From: Alphaproteobacteria bacterium
GTDB lineage: Bacteria > Pseudomonadota > Alphaproteobacteria > WRAU01 > JBIIMR01
Direction of reading: 5' to 3'
Length of the DNA: 42,884 nt
Assembly (NCBI GenBank): GCA_044337895.1
Contig: JBIIMR010000001.1
Coordinates: 1-42,884, forward strand
Both the position numbers and the translations under genes were made by a program. Shown piece after piece: positions 19,811 to 29,522 of this stretch. The notes under the pieces were generated by a model. It was not told where the DNA came from and searched no databases. It worked only from the letters and a program-made list of their open reading frames with translations. Each line of letters starts with the position of its first letter. The first letter of the stretch is position 1.

Positions 19811-20581
19811 TCACTTCAATGTAACAACAACTTTTTGATACACTCCACCGAATATAGTCTTTTTTTCCCAATTAAATTTTTTAGGATTCTTAGCAAAGTC
19901 ATATATCTGTTGATTCCACATAGAATTTGCAAACGGCTCCAAAAAGGTGTTAACAAGTGAAAGAATAGTCTTCACAGGGTTAAAAAAATTAGGCTCATGG
20001 TAGTCAATAAATACTGCTTTACCTTTACTTTCTTCTATACTATCTAATACATTATTTACAATTCTTTTTTTTACAGAATCAGGAACTTCATGTAATAAAA
20101 AGTATACCCCTATAACATCATATTTTCTAAAAATCATAGTAGAAGCATCTTGCTTCCATATTTCAACATTATCATATTTTTTTAACTTTTCTTTTGCCCT
20201 TGCAATTTGAATATCTGCAACATCTATCAGATCTAGTTTCCCATTAGAACCAATTTTTTCAGCTATTTTTTGTGTAATATTTCCATAAACATGTGCTATT
20301 TGTAGCATGTTTATACCTTCTTTAATTTCTAACAAATACTCATTCATAAGTTTATAACCATTTCCAAAAAGTATCAAATTATAAACAAACATATTATCAA
20401 GTAAGGGAACATTTTTAGGATTCAAATAAGCCCAGTAATATATTTCTTTTAAGTAGTTAGGAGTTTCAATTTCAAATTCTTCTTTTAAATCTTCATAGTT
20501 ATCTTCATAGTTATCTTTAAATTTTTCATTCTCATCTAAATTATTACTATTTTTATTTTGAATATTATTTTTATCTAGCAT
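19811..20581 (-). CDS. rquA: RquA-like methyltransferase-fold protein (putative rhodoquinone biosynthesis)
   Basis: 256 aa with YYWAYLNPKNV...LILFGNGY, and a degenerate SAM motif I LQIAHVYGN instead of GxGxG. KLDLIDVADIQ follows. From memory this pattern matches R. rubrum RquA (YWWAY, LQVACVYGD, LDVVDV). Confidence 0.6.
   Translation of the reverse strand: MLDKNNIQNKNSNNLDENEKFKDNYEDNYEDLKEEFEIETPNYLKEIYYWAYLNPKNVPLLDNMFVYNLILFGNGYKLMNEYLLEIKEGINMLQIAHVYGNITQKIAEKIGSNGKLDLIDVADIQIARAKEKLKKYDNVEIWKQDASTMIFRKYDVIGVYFLLHEVPDSVKKRIVNNVLDSIEESKGKAVFIDYHEPNFFNPVKTILSLVNTFLEPFANSMWNQQIYDFAKNPKKFNWEKKTIFGGVYQKVVVTLK
20491..20514. repeat. 12-bp tandem duplication (CTTCATAGTTAT x2) encoding DNYE-DNYE near the N-terminus of the rquA-like gene
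   Basis: Read directly: 20491-20502 is identical to 20503-20514. Confidence 0.9.
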
Positions 20582-20880
20582 GAATCCACCATTGTATTAA
20601 GTATTATCAATTTAAAGAGTATCCATAAATGTTACATCTTATAATATTTATATTATATATCAATATTTTTTCTAAATAAACAGTAATATTTTTTATTTTA
20701 AAGCTTGCTAAAATAATATTTTTTTGTTAAAATATCGTTATTTTATAAAGTATACTAATCTAATGGGATATTAAATTAGTTTCCTAATTTAAGTAAAAAC
20801 TTAAATATATAAAGATTCAAACTGTAATGATAAATAATTTTTTATAACATATATTTAATAGTCAGTCAGGTATAAATTTA

Positions 20881-21978
20881 ATGATAGATATAGATTTTCC
20901 ACAAGTAAAAAAAGATGCCAAAATTGTAATAGGTATGTCAAGCGGGGTAGACAGTTCAACCGTTGCAGCACTTTTGCAAGAGGCAGGTTATACAAATCTT
21001 TTAGGAATAACTTTAGTATTATATGATAGCAATGAAAGTAAAGGGTTACTTTGCCATGACAGCAGAATAAGAGAAGATGTTATAAGAGTATCAAGTGATT
21101 TAGGAATTAAGCATGAATTTTTAGATTTAAAAAATGTATTTATGAACAAAGTAATAGATCCATTTATTAATAGCTACTTAAATGGCGAAACGCCAAATCC
21201 TTGTGTTAATTGCAATAGAGATATCAAATTTGGGGCTTTAATAGATTATATGGAACAAATAAATGCAGACATTTTAGTAACAGGGCACTTTATTAAATTA
21301 TTAATTAATAAAAACAATAGCGGAGAAATATATAGAGGTAGCAACCAAATAAGAGATCAAAGTTATTTTTTATCAATGGTAAGAAAGTCATCATTAAATA
21401 AAATCCGATTCCCATTATCCAACATGTCAAAAGAAGATGTAAGGCAACATGCAAAAAGATTAAATTTACATTTATTTGATAAACCAGCAAGCAATGATAT
21501 TTGTTTTGCAGGAGGTTTAAATTATAACAATCTTTTTAAATCACACGGAGATTCTATTAAAAAAGGACAAATTATAGATTTAAATGGTAATGTTTTAGGG
21601 GAACACGATGGTATTATTCACTATACGGTAGGGCAAAGGAAAGGAATTAAAATAGGTGGTAGTCAAGAACCTTTTTTTGTTGTTTTTATAGATGTTGAAA
21701 AAAATCAAATTGTAGTAGGACACAAAAAAGATTTAATTAAAAGAGACTTAATAATCTCAGATCTAAATTGGTTAGATGATGATCCAATAAATGAATCACA
21801 AGAGGTATTAATTAAAGTTAGATCATCTCAAAATTTAATTGAAGCGAATCTTTTTCCACTTCCAGAAAATAAGGCACAGGTTGTTTTAAAAGAAGAAATT
21901 ATGGGTATATCAAGAGGGCAAATCTGCGGAATTTATCAATATAATAACAAGTTACTAGGCGGTGGTAAAATTATATAA
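20881..21978 (+). CDS. mnmA: tRNA-specific 2-thiouridylase
   Basis: PP-loop VIGMSSGVDSS, catalytic Cys contexts NPCVNCN and SNDICF, and the QSYFL motif. Confidence 0.95.
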   Translation: MIDIDFPQVKKDAKIVIGMSSGVDSSTVAALLQEAGYTNLLGITLVLYDSNESKGLLCHDSRIREDVIRVSSDLGIKHEFLDLKNVFMNKVIDPFINSYLNGETPNPCVNCNRDIKFGALIDYMEQINADILVTGHFIKLLINKNNSGEIYRGSNQIRDQSYFLSMVRKSSLNKIRFPLSNMSKEDVRQHAKRLNLHLFDKPASNDICFAGGLNYNNLFKSHGDSIKKGQIIDLNGNVLGEHDGIIHYTVGQRKGIKIGGSQEPFFVVFIDVEKNQIVVGHKKDLIKRDLIISDLNWLDDDPINESQEVLIKVRSSQNLIEANLFPLPENKAQVVLKEEIMGISRGQICGIYQYNNKLLGGGKII

Positions 21979-22099
21979 ACTTAGTATTTATTTTCTTAGT
22001 TTATTAAAAATTAACAATTTATTACTATTATAATATATAATTAATTATAAAATTAATTTTTTATATTTTCAAAATATATTTTTATGGATTCTTACAATT

Positions 22100-23737
22100 A
22101 TGGATATTTTAGCAGTCAGCATATCAGCTTTAATAGGAATGGGGATAATAATTATAGTATCTTCCTCTTTGCTTTTTTTATTTTTAGTGAGTTTATTTGT
22201 TAAAAAATTAAAAAAAGATTTGCTAAATAATATTGCAGAGCTTATTAATAAATCCAATACACTAACAGAAACTTCATCAGACTCTTTTTCTAATATTGAG
22301 AATACGATTTCATTCTCACAGGTAAAAAAGCAAAATATCAATTTAGATATTAAAAGTATTTACACAGAAACCCAAGAAATCCTAATTCAAATTAAAAAAT
22401 ATGTAGATTACATGGATTCTTTAAAAGAATCACTAACTGTAAATCCTAATAATTTAGCAATTTATCAAAACCAAAAAGATTCTTTACCATTAATAGAATC
22501 ATATTACAATCAAAACGAATCACTTTTATCAATATCTAATAAAGATACAAACAATAAAGATAATGATGTTTCTAAATCTAACATTTCTCAAAATCAAGAG
22601 CAAAACCAAACAGAGCAATTAGCAATAGAAAATGCCCACCATGATTTACAAATTACCGATTTACACAACAACACAGAGCATAAACAATTAATTTCTGCTA
22701 AAGATATTGCAGATATAAATAACAATAGAATTACAAACTATATACCCAATAATCCTAAAGAACAACTAAATAATATAACCCAAGAAAAATCAAACAATCT
22801 AAACGAATCGCAAGTTTTTCAAAATATAGCATCATATTTATCCGAGGATATTGTTACACTTCAAACACAAAATAGTAGTTCAGGAGAAATCACAATCTTA
22901 AATGATTCCAAGGCTCCAAAAGATCCAACTATAAATCTTATTATAAATAATACAGATCTAAAAAATGATAAAACAAATATCATTCAAAAAGTAGAAAATA
23001 AAAAACATGATTTTCAAAAGCAAGAATCCCATTTAATTAAAAATCCATATAAAGATTGTAATCAAGACTATCCAAAGCAATCAGATGAAAATAAAGTTAA
23101 TGTATACAAAAGATACTTAAATAATCCCATTAAAAATAGTTCTATACAAACACAATTATTTCCTCAAAATAACGATTTAAACACAGCAAATAACCCTATT
23201 AATCAAACAAATAACCCTATTAATAAAATTAATTCAATTATCTCCCCATCTCAAGAAACTCAAAAACAAAATTTTGTTAATAAAAGTGATTCTTTAGATA
23301 ATTCTATTTATAAAACATCTATTAAACCTTCCTATGATATAAATAATCAAACAGGTTCTAAAGTAAATATTAATAGATTAAATCAATTTTATTCTAAGTA
23401 TGGAAACAACCAAAGTTCTTCACCTCAATCAGTATCAGGGAATGGAATCAAACAAGTTTCTTCACCAGTTAACAGAATAAATTCTTCTGAAAGAATAAAG
23501 TATACCCCCTTAAAAACATCTCCTAATTTTACAAGTAGTAATTTCAATGGCAAATCTTTATCTAGGGATTACAGTAAAGAAAACTTAAACAGAGTAGCAA
23601 GTAGTGTTAATAACACAGATACAAAAAAATCACTTTATATTTTACCAAATCAAAATTTAAAAACACCAAAATCAATTAAAGAAGGAAGAGAAATATCTTC
23701 AAGAATCCAAACTTTAAAAATAATTAAAAATAATTAA
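22100..23737 (+). CDS. membrane-anchored low-complexity (Asn/Gln/Ser/Lys-rich) protein, function unknown
   Basis: 545-aa ORF with one N-terminal TM helix (ISALIGMGIIIIVSSSLLFLFLVSLFV). The remainder is strongly compositionally biased. No family recognised. Confidence 0.55.
   Translation: MDILAVSISALIGMGIIIIVSSSLLFLFLVSLFVKKLKKDLLNNIAELINKSNTLTETSSDSFSNIENTISFSQVKKQNINLDIKSIYTETQEILIQIKKYVDYMDSLKESLTVNPNNLAIYQNQKDSLPLIESYYNQNESLLSISNKDTNNKDNDVSKSNISQNQEQNQTEQLAIENAHHDLQITDLHNNTEHKQLISAKDIADINNNRITNYIPNNPKEQLNNITQEKSNNLNESQVFQNIASYLSEDIVTLQTQNSSSGEITILNDSKAPKDPTINLIINNTDLKNDKTNIIQKVENKKHDFQKQESHLIKNPYKDCNQDYPKQSDENKVNVYKRYLNNPIKNSSIQTQLFPQNNDLNTANNPINQTNNPINKINSIISPSQETQKQNFVNKSDSLDNSIYKTSIKPSYDINNQTGSKVNINRLNQFYSKYGNNQSSSPQSVSGNGIKQVSSPVNRINSSERIKYTPLKTSPNFTSSNFNGKSLSRDYSKENLNRVASSVNNTDTKKSLYILPNQNLKTPKSIKEGREISSRIQTLKIIKNN
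23188..23229 (+). repeat. 21-bp imperfect tandem duplication encoding NNPINQT/NNPINKI
   Basis: Read directly: AAATAACCCTATTAATCAAAC followed by AAATAACCCTATTAATAAAAT. Confidence 0.85.
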
Positions 23738-24738
23738 TATATATATTTATCTAGTATATATTTTTCCCAATCAATAGCAGTTTTAACGATTAAATTTAAA
23801 TCATCATATTTAGGAACAAAAGATAGTACATTTGTTATTTTAGAATTATCTGCAATTAAAACATCAGGATCTCCAGCTCTTTTTTCTACAAACTCTTTAT
23901 TTAAACTTTTACCAATAATTTTTTCAGCAACATCAACAACATCTAAAATAGAATACCCATTACCATAACCACAATTAAAAATATTAGATTCCTTAGTTTT
24001 TAACATATTTTCCATCGCCCTAACATGTAGTTCAGCTAAATCCAATACATTAATGTAATCCCTAATACAAGTCCCATCTTTAGTATTATAATTATTTCCA
24101 AAAATTTTTAGTTTATCCCTTTTATTTACAACAACCTCTGCAATTATTTTAATAAGATGTGTAGATAGTTTTGCAAGTTCACCAGTTCTAAGCTCTAAAT
24201 CCGCACCAGCTACATTAAAATACCTTAAAATAGAGTATTTTATTTTTTTAGCAACTGCAAAATCTTTAATCATTTGCTCTGCCATCATTTTAGAACTTCC
24301 ATAAGGATTTATAGGATTTAGTAAATCATTTTCTGTTATCAAGTTCCTATGGTTAGTAATACCATAAACAGCAGCAGTAGAGGAAAAAACAATATTTTCT
24401 ATATCATTTTCATACATGCAATTAAGTAGATTTAAAGTTCCAACAGAATTATTCATAAAATAATTGTATATTTCATCAAAAGAAGCTGAAACAATAATTA
24501 AAGCAGCAAAATGAATCACAACAGCAGGTTTATATTTTTTTAAAACTTTTTTTAGGGATTCATAGTCTAATAAATCTACTTTTTCAAAAATCGCACCTTT
24601 ATTTATTAAAAATTCAAAACCAGTAGATAAATTATCTAATATAAGAACTTCATACCCACAATTTAATAATGCTTGAACACTATGACTTCCAATATATCCA
24701 GCACCACCTGTAACTGCTATTAAATTTTTTTTATCCAT
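23734..24738 (-). CDS. galE: UDP-glucose 4-epimerase
   Basis: Rossmann motif VTGGAGYIGSH and the catalytic YGSSK context (NPYGSSKMMAEQ). Size is 334 aa. Confidence 0.9.
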   Translation of the reverse strand: MDKKNLIAVTGGAGYIGSHSVQALLNCGYEVLILDNLSTGFEFLINKGAIFEKVDLLDYESLKKVLKKYKPAVVIHFAALIIVSASFDEIYNYFMNNSVGTLNLLNCMYENDIENIVFSSTAAVYGITNHRNLITENDLLNPINPYGSSKMMAEQMIKDFAVAKKIKYSILRYFNVAGADLELRTGELAKLSTHLIKIIAEVVVNKRDKLKIFGNNYNTKDGTCIRDYINVLDLAELHVRAMENMLKTKESNIFNCGYGNGYSILDVVDVAEKIIGKSLNKEFVEKRAGDPDVLIADNSKITNVLSFVPKYDDLNLIVKTAIDWEKYILDKYIY

Positions 24739-24953
24739 TTTTTTAATTATCCTATAAATTTTTTTAAATCAACATTACTATAAATTATATTAAAAAAAAA
24801 AAATATTCAATATAATATTCAATACAAATTAAATTCAAAAAAAATATCAAATTTAAATATTATGAAATTTTTGATTGAAATAATCAATTTATATGTTATT
24901 ATTTTAATAATTTTATATAAGGAGAAATGAATTATAGTAAGGGGAATCACAAT

Positions 24954-26165
24954 ATGGGCTTTATAGGTGTTATATTTTTATTAGTAGTAGCATACTTATT
25001 TTCTAATAATCGTCGTAAAATTAATTTAAGAACTGTCTTGCCAGCATTTTTATTACAATCTTTTATTGCTTTTTTTGTTTTATATTCTAGTTTGGGTAGG
25101 GATTTTTTATTAAAAGTATCAACATATATTAGCACAGCAATTAATGCTGGTAAAGTTGGAGTAGAGTTTATTTTTGGCTCCCTAGCAACAGGTTCTTCAG
25201 GCTTTATATTTGCAATCTATGTATTACCTTTAATTATATTTTTTTCCGCTCTGATTTCTGTATTATATTATTTAAAAATAATGCCACTTATAATTAATTC
25301 ATTAGGTTACATTTTACATAAATTATTAAATACATCAAAAGTAGAATCCCTTTCTAGCACAGCAAATATTTTTGTAGGACAAACAGAAGCTCCAATTACA
25401 ATTAAACCATATTTGAATAATTTAACCACTTCCGAATTATTTACTGTAATGGTAGGAGGACTCGCCTCAGTAGCAGGAGCAGTTATTGCAGGGTATGCAG
25501 GTCTTGGTGTAGATTTAAAATATTTAATTGCCGCATCTTTTATGGCAGCACCAGGTGGTATTTTAATGTCTAAAATTATTTACCCAGAAACACAAGCATA
25601 TAACCATCAAGTATCAGAAGAAAACAATGAAGAAGATACAAAAGTAGATTCAATTATAGAAGCAGCATTCATAGGTGCAAGCACAGGATTAAAACTTTCC
25701 CTCTCCGTTGGTGCTATGCTAATTGCATTTATTGGATTAATTACTTTGTTTAATTACATTTTAGAAGGATTAGGAGATCTATTTGGCTACAACAATATTA
25801 CTTTAGAACTTATTTTAGGATATATTTTTTCTCCCATATCATTTTTAATAGGAGTTCCATGGGAAGATAGCATTAAAGCAGGTAGCTACATCGGTCAAAA
25901 ATTAGTTACAAATGAATTTGTAGCATATATTAGCTTTACCAAAGATTTTGCTTCATTATCAGAAAAAACAAAGGTTATAATTACATTTGCATTATGTGGA
26001 TTTGCAAATTTTAGTTCAGTAGGTATTTTAATCGGTGGATTAGGTATATTAGCTAAAAAACGCCGCAAGGAAATAGCAAATTTAGGGATTAAGGCAATAG
26101 TTGCTGGTTCATTATCTAATTTAATGAGTGCTACTATCGCAGGTATTATTTATTCCTTTTCTTAA
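24954..26165 (+). CDS. nupC: NupC/NupG-type concentrative nucleoside transporter
   Basis: Polytopic protein collinear with E. coli NupC from its N-terminus (..LLVVAYLFSNNRRKINLRTV) and carrying GQTEAP. Start moved from ATG 24927 (GGAG only 2 nt away) to ATG 24954 (AAGGGGA 8 nt upstream). Confidence 0.9.
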   Translation: MGFIGVIFLLVVAYLFSNNRRKINLRTVLPAFLLQSFIAFFVLYSSLGRDFLLKVSTYISTAINAGKVGVEFIFGSLATGSSGFIFAIYVLPLIIFFSALISVLYYLKIMPLIINSLGYILHKLLNTSKVESLSSTANIFVGQTEAPITIKPYLNNLTTSELFTVMVGGLASVAGAVIAGYAGLGVDLKYLIAASFMAAPGGILMSKIIYPETQAYNHQVSEENNEEDTKVDSIIEAAFIGASTGLKLSLSVGAMLIAFIGLITLFNYILEGLGDLFGYNNITLELILGYIFSPISFLIGVPWEDSIKAGSYIGQKLVTNEFVAYISFTKDFASLSEKTKVIITFALCGFANFSSVGILIGGLGILAKKRRKEIANLGIKAIVAGSLSNLMSATIAGIIYSFS

Positions 26166-26210
26166 AAATCAAATCAAAAAAAATTTTTATCATAAAAAGG
26201 AGCAATTTTA

Positions 26211-27524
26211 ATGTATATAATTTCAGAGATTATTAGAAAAAAAAGAGACAATCAAATACTTTCTAAGTCAGAAATTGATTTTTTTATTCAAGGTGTTACA
26301 AACGGCAGTATCCCAAACGAGCAAATCGCAAGCTTTACTATGGCAATTTTCTTAAATAAATTAACAACCCAAGAAAAAACAGATCTAACCATATCAATGA
26401 AAAATTCAGGAAGTGTAATTAAATGGGATTTTGATGGAATTTTTGTAGATAAACATTCAACAGGTGGAGTAGGAGATTTAGTATCTTTTTTAATTGCACC
26501 TATTTTAGCTAGCTTCTCACTTTATGTTCCAATGATAGCAGGTAGAGGGCTAGGACACACAGGTGGAACATTAGATAAATTAGATAGTATAGCAGGCTAC
26601 AATACATCACTAAGTTTAGAAAAATTTCAACATACAGTTAAAACAATAGGATGCAGTATAATAGGTCAAACCTCAGATCTTGCTCCTGCTGATAAAAAAA
26701 TCTATGCAATCAGAGATGTAAGTGCAACCGTAGAATCCATAGACTTAATCACAGCATCTATTTTATCTAAAAAATTAGCAGAAGGAATAAATAATCTAGT
26801 TATGGATGTTAAAGTAGGAAGTGGTGCTTTCATGGATAATCTTGATTCTGCAACTGCTTTAGCACAAAGTATCGCCTCTACATCAAATAATAGTGGAGTA
26901 AAATGCAGTGCTTTTATTACAGATATGAACGAACCACTAGCAGACAACATAGGTAATTCATTGGAGATTCAAGAAAGTATTTCTTATTTACAAAATAAAT
27001 CTAAGAATTCTAAACTACATGCTATAAATCTTGCCCTATGCAGTGAAATTTTAGTGAATACAAATATTTGTAAATCAAAAGAAGAAGCAGAAACAAAAAT
27101 AAATCAAAGTATTACAAGCGGTAAAGCTTTAGAAATTTTTGCTAAAATGATACATGCCCAAGGAGCAAATTCAGATTTTATAGATAATTACAATAAATAT
27201 TTACCCCAAGCTAAAATAGTTAAAGATGTATATTTAAACAAAGAAGGATACATTTCTAAAATAGATACAAGAAAAGTAGGTTTAGCACTCGTTATGTTAA
27301 AGGGAGGTCGCCAAAAAGTAGATGATAAACTAGACTATTCAGTAGGTTTTTCTAACTTTAAAAAACTAGGTGATTTTATTTCTCCAAAAGATCCACTTTG
27401 CCAAATACATATTAATAATTTAGAAGATTACAATAAAATAACAAGCTATTTAGAAGAAATAATTGAAACATCCACCAACAAAAATAGTTTACAAAAAATT
27501 TCTGTGTATGATATAATAAAATAA
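26211..27524 (+). CDS. deoA: thymidine (pyrimidine-nucleoside) phosphorylase
   Basis: 437 aa with DKHSTGGVGD, GRGLGHTGGTLDKL and the SILSKK motif. AAGGAG lies 8 nt upstream. Confidence 0.9.
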   Translation: MYIISEIIRKKRDNQILSKSEIDFFIQGVTNGSIPNEQIASFTMAIFLNKLTTQEKTDLTISMKNSGSVIKWDFDGIFVDKHSTGGVGDLVSFLIAPILASFSLYVPMIAGRGLGHTGGTLDKLDSIAGYNTSLSLEKFQHTVKTIGCSIIGQTSDLAPADKKIYAIRDVSATVESIDLITASILSKKLAEGINNLVMDVKVGSGAFMDNLDSATALAQSIASTSNNSGVKCSAFITDMNEPLADNIGNSLEIQESISYLQNKSKNSKLHAINLALCSEILVNTNICKSKEEAETKINQSITSGKALEIFAKMIHAQGANSDFIDNYNKYLPQAKIVKDVYLNKEGYISKIDTRKVGLALVMLKGGRQKVDDKLDYSVGFSNFKKLGDFISPKDPLCQIHINNLEDYNKITSYLEEIIETSTNKNSLQKISVYDIIK

Positions 27525-27561
27525 TAACATATTTAAAAAAATAGTATTATAGGGTTTATTT

Positions 27562-29448
27562 ATGCAGTATAAAAACAGTGATATATATATTATAAAAAAA
27601 CAAATTAAATCAAAAAAATATAAAATAATTTCTTTTGACATATTTGATACTTTATTATTAAGACCATATGCAAAACCAACAGATCTTTTTAAGCATTTAG
27701 AAAAAATTTACAATAAAAACAATTTTGCACAAGCAAGAATTAAAGCAGAGCAATCTGCCAGATTAAAAAATAAAAATCAAGAAGATATTACAATACATGA
27801 TATTTATTTAGAATTACCCAATCATTATTCAGATATGAAGAATTTAGAAATTGCTTTAGAAAAACAAATTCTTACCGTTAATCATGAAATTAAAGAATTA
27901 TACGATTTAGCTTTAGAAAATGCAGATAAAGTAATTATTGTCTCAGATATGTATTTAACAAAAGATATTCTTACAGATATACTAAATAATAAAGGTTATA
28001 AAAATTACCATAATTTGTATGTTTCATCAGAATATAAAATGACTAAGCATTCTGGTAATTTATTTAAACATATTTTAAAAGATTTAAATATAAATCCATC
28101 TAGTATTTTACATATAGGGGATAATCATCACTCCGATTATAAAATGGCAACTCATAATAAAATTAAAGCATTTTATTATGAAAAAGTATTAGATAGATTA
28201 TTAAAAGAAGATATAACTATAAGACTGTATTATGAAAATAACAAAGATTCATTGGGTACTTCTATCATTGTTGGAGTTTTATCCATAAAATTAATTAATA
28301 AAGATAATGATTACTGGAGATATTTAGGATATAAATTTGGAGGAATTTTAGGATTTTTCTACATTCAATGGATAATATCAAATTTAGCACCAAATATTTC
28401 ACAAATTATGTTTATAGCAAGAGATGGGTATATATTGCAAAAAATATTTGATTTTTTAAATCAAAATAAAAATATTACATCTGAATACTTATATGCAAAT
28501 AGAACTATTGCAATACTTTGTTTTTTAAATACAGGTAATTATAGTAATACAAAAATAATTTTAGATTTTTATAAAGATAAAAATGAATTTTTAAAAACTC
28601 ATACCCCAAATATAAATCAAAACAATTTTCAAGAAGGTATTGATTTCATAAAGCAGCATTATTCCATTTATTCAGAACTATCTAAAGAGTTATTAAAAAA
28701 TTATAATAATTATTTAGAAAAATTAAATATTGCACCTAATATCGCAATAGTAGATACACTTTCTTCATTTCTAACATCGCAAAATTTTTTAGATAAAATA
28801 TTAGAACATAAAAATATTAATATTATAGGATACTATTTCTTGCTCCTAAAAGGGTATGAAAAAAATTATATTGATGTTGATAAAGTAAAATCAATGCAAC
28901 ATGGTGACAATTGTTTTTTAAGTTGGGATTTTATAGAATTACTTTTTACATCTCCAGAACTTCCAATAAAATCTATTGATAATTTTGGTAATCCAGTTTA
29001 TTTTGAAACAAACCTCTATGAAGAAGAGAGAATAAATATTTATCCAAAAATATCAGAAGGAATTCTAGATTTCACAAAAGACATTAAATCAATCTTTAAT
29101 AATTATAATTTATATTTGGATTCTGCAGATATTGTTAATTTTTTTAACACACTATCAACACATCCAAATAAAAAAGATTATGAGATGCTCTCAAAAATTA
29201 AGCATTCACAAAATCCAGGAAATTATGAATATATTCCATTAATGGGATCTGATTTTAATTTTAGAGATCTATTTCCTATAACATTAAAATTTTTATTTTT
29301 TAATATTAATCTTACAGAACCTTTTACAAAAAAACCATTATATAAATTTTTACCATTTATTACTATACTTTATAAAAAACCTCAAATTAAAATTAAGTTA
29401 TTTAATTTAATTACTCTCAAAAGATATTATTTAAATAATCATTCGTAG
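27562..29448 (+). CDS. HAD-superfamily hydrolase domain fused to a roughly 420-aa domain of unknown function
   Basis: All four HAD motifs appear in order in the first 210 aa or so: FDIFDTL (DxDxT), IIVSDM, YKMTKHSG (Lys) and HIGDNHHSD. No family recognised for the C-terminal two thirds. Confidence 0.6.
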   Translation: MQYKNSDIYIIKKQIKSKKYKIISFDIFDTLLLRPYAKPTDLFKHLEKIYNKNNFAQARIKAEQSARLKNKNQEDITIHDIYLELPNHYSDMKNLEIALEKQILTVNHEIKELYDLALENADKVIIVSDMYLTKDILTDILNNKGYKNYHNLYVSSEYKMTKHSGNLFKHILKDLNINPSSILHIGDNHHSDYKMATHNKIKAFYYEKVLDRLLKEDITIRLYYENNKDSLGTSIIVGVLSIKLINKDNDYWRYLGYKFGGILGFFYIQWIISNLAPNISQIMFIARDGYILQKIFDFLNQNKNITSEYLYANRTIAILCFLNTGNYSNTKIILDFYKDKNEFLKTHTPNINQNNFQEGIDFIKQHYSIYSELSKELLKNYNNYLEKLNIAPNIAIVDTLSSFLTSQNFLDKILEHKNINIIGYYFLLLKGYEKNYIDVDKVKSMQHGDNCFLSWDFIELLFTSPELPIKSIDNFGNPVYFETNLYEEERINIYPKISEGILDFTKDIKSIFNNYNLYLDSADIVNFFNTLSTHPNKKDYEMLSKIKHSQNPGNYEYIPLMGSDFNFRDLFPITLKFLFFNINLTEPFTKKPLYKFLPFITILYKKPQIKIKLFNLITLKRYYLNNHS

Positions 29449-29522
29449 TTAAATTTATTGTTGCTTTATTTTTATATTACTATTAAACTTATATTTGTTA
29501 ACATACAAAATTAGAGGATTTT

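Noticed and set aside
22069-22341. 90-aa minus-strand ORF overlapping the start of the 545-aa gene, and all other short antisense ORFs inside long genes (e.g. 2318-2524, 5033-5251, 7518-7772, 10529-10792, 13470-13754, 17233-17472, 26702-26950, 35075-35374, 40613-40933, 41117-41380)
   Set aside because: These are shadow frames inside well-supported genes on the opposite strand. They have no RBS and no recognisable motifs.
24871-24887. Palindrome TTGATTgaaatAATCAA upstream of nupC as a CytR/DeoR-type operator
   Set aside because: The arms are only 6 bp and the base composition is extreme, so a chance occurrence is likely. No second site was seen.
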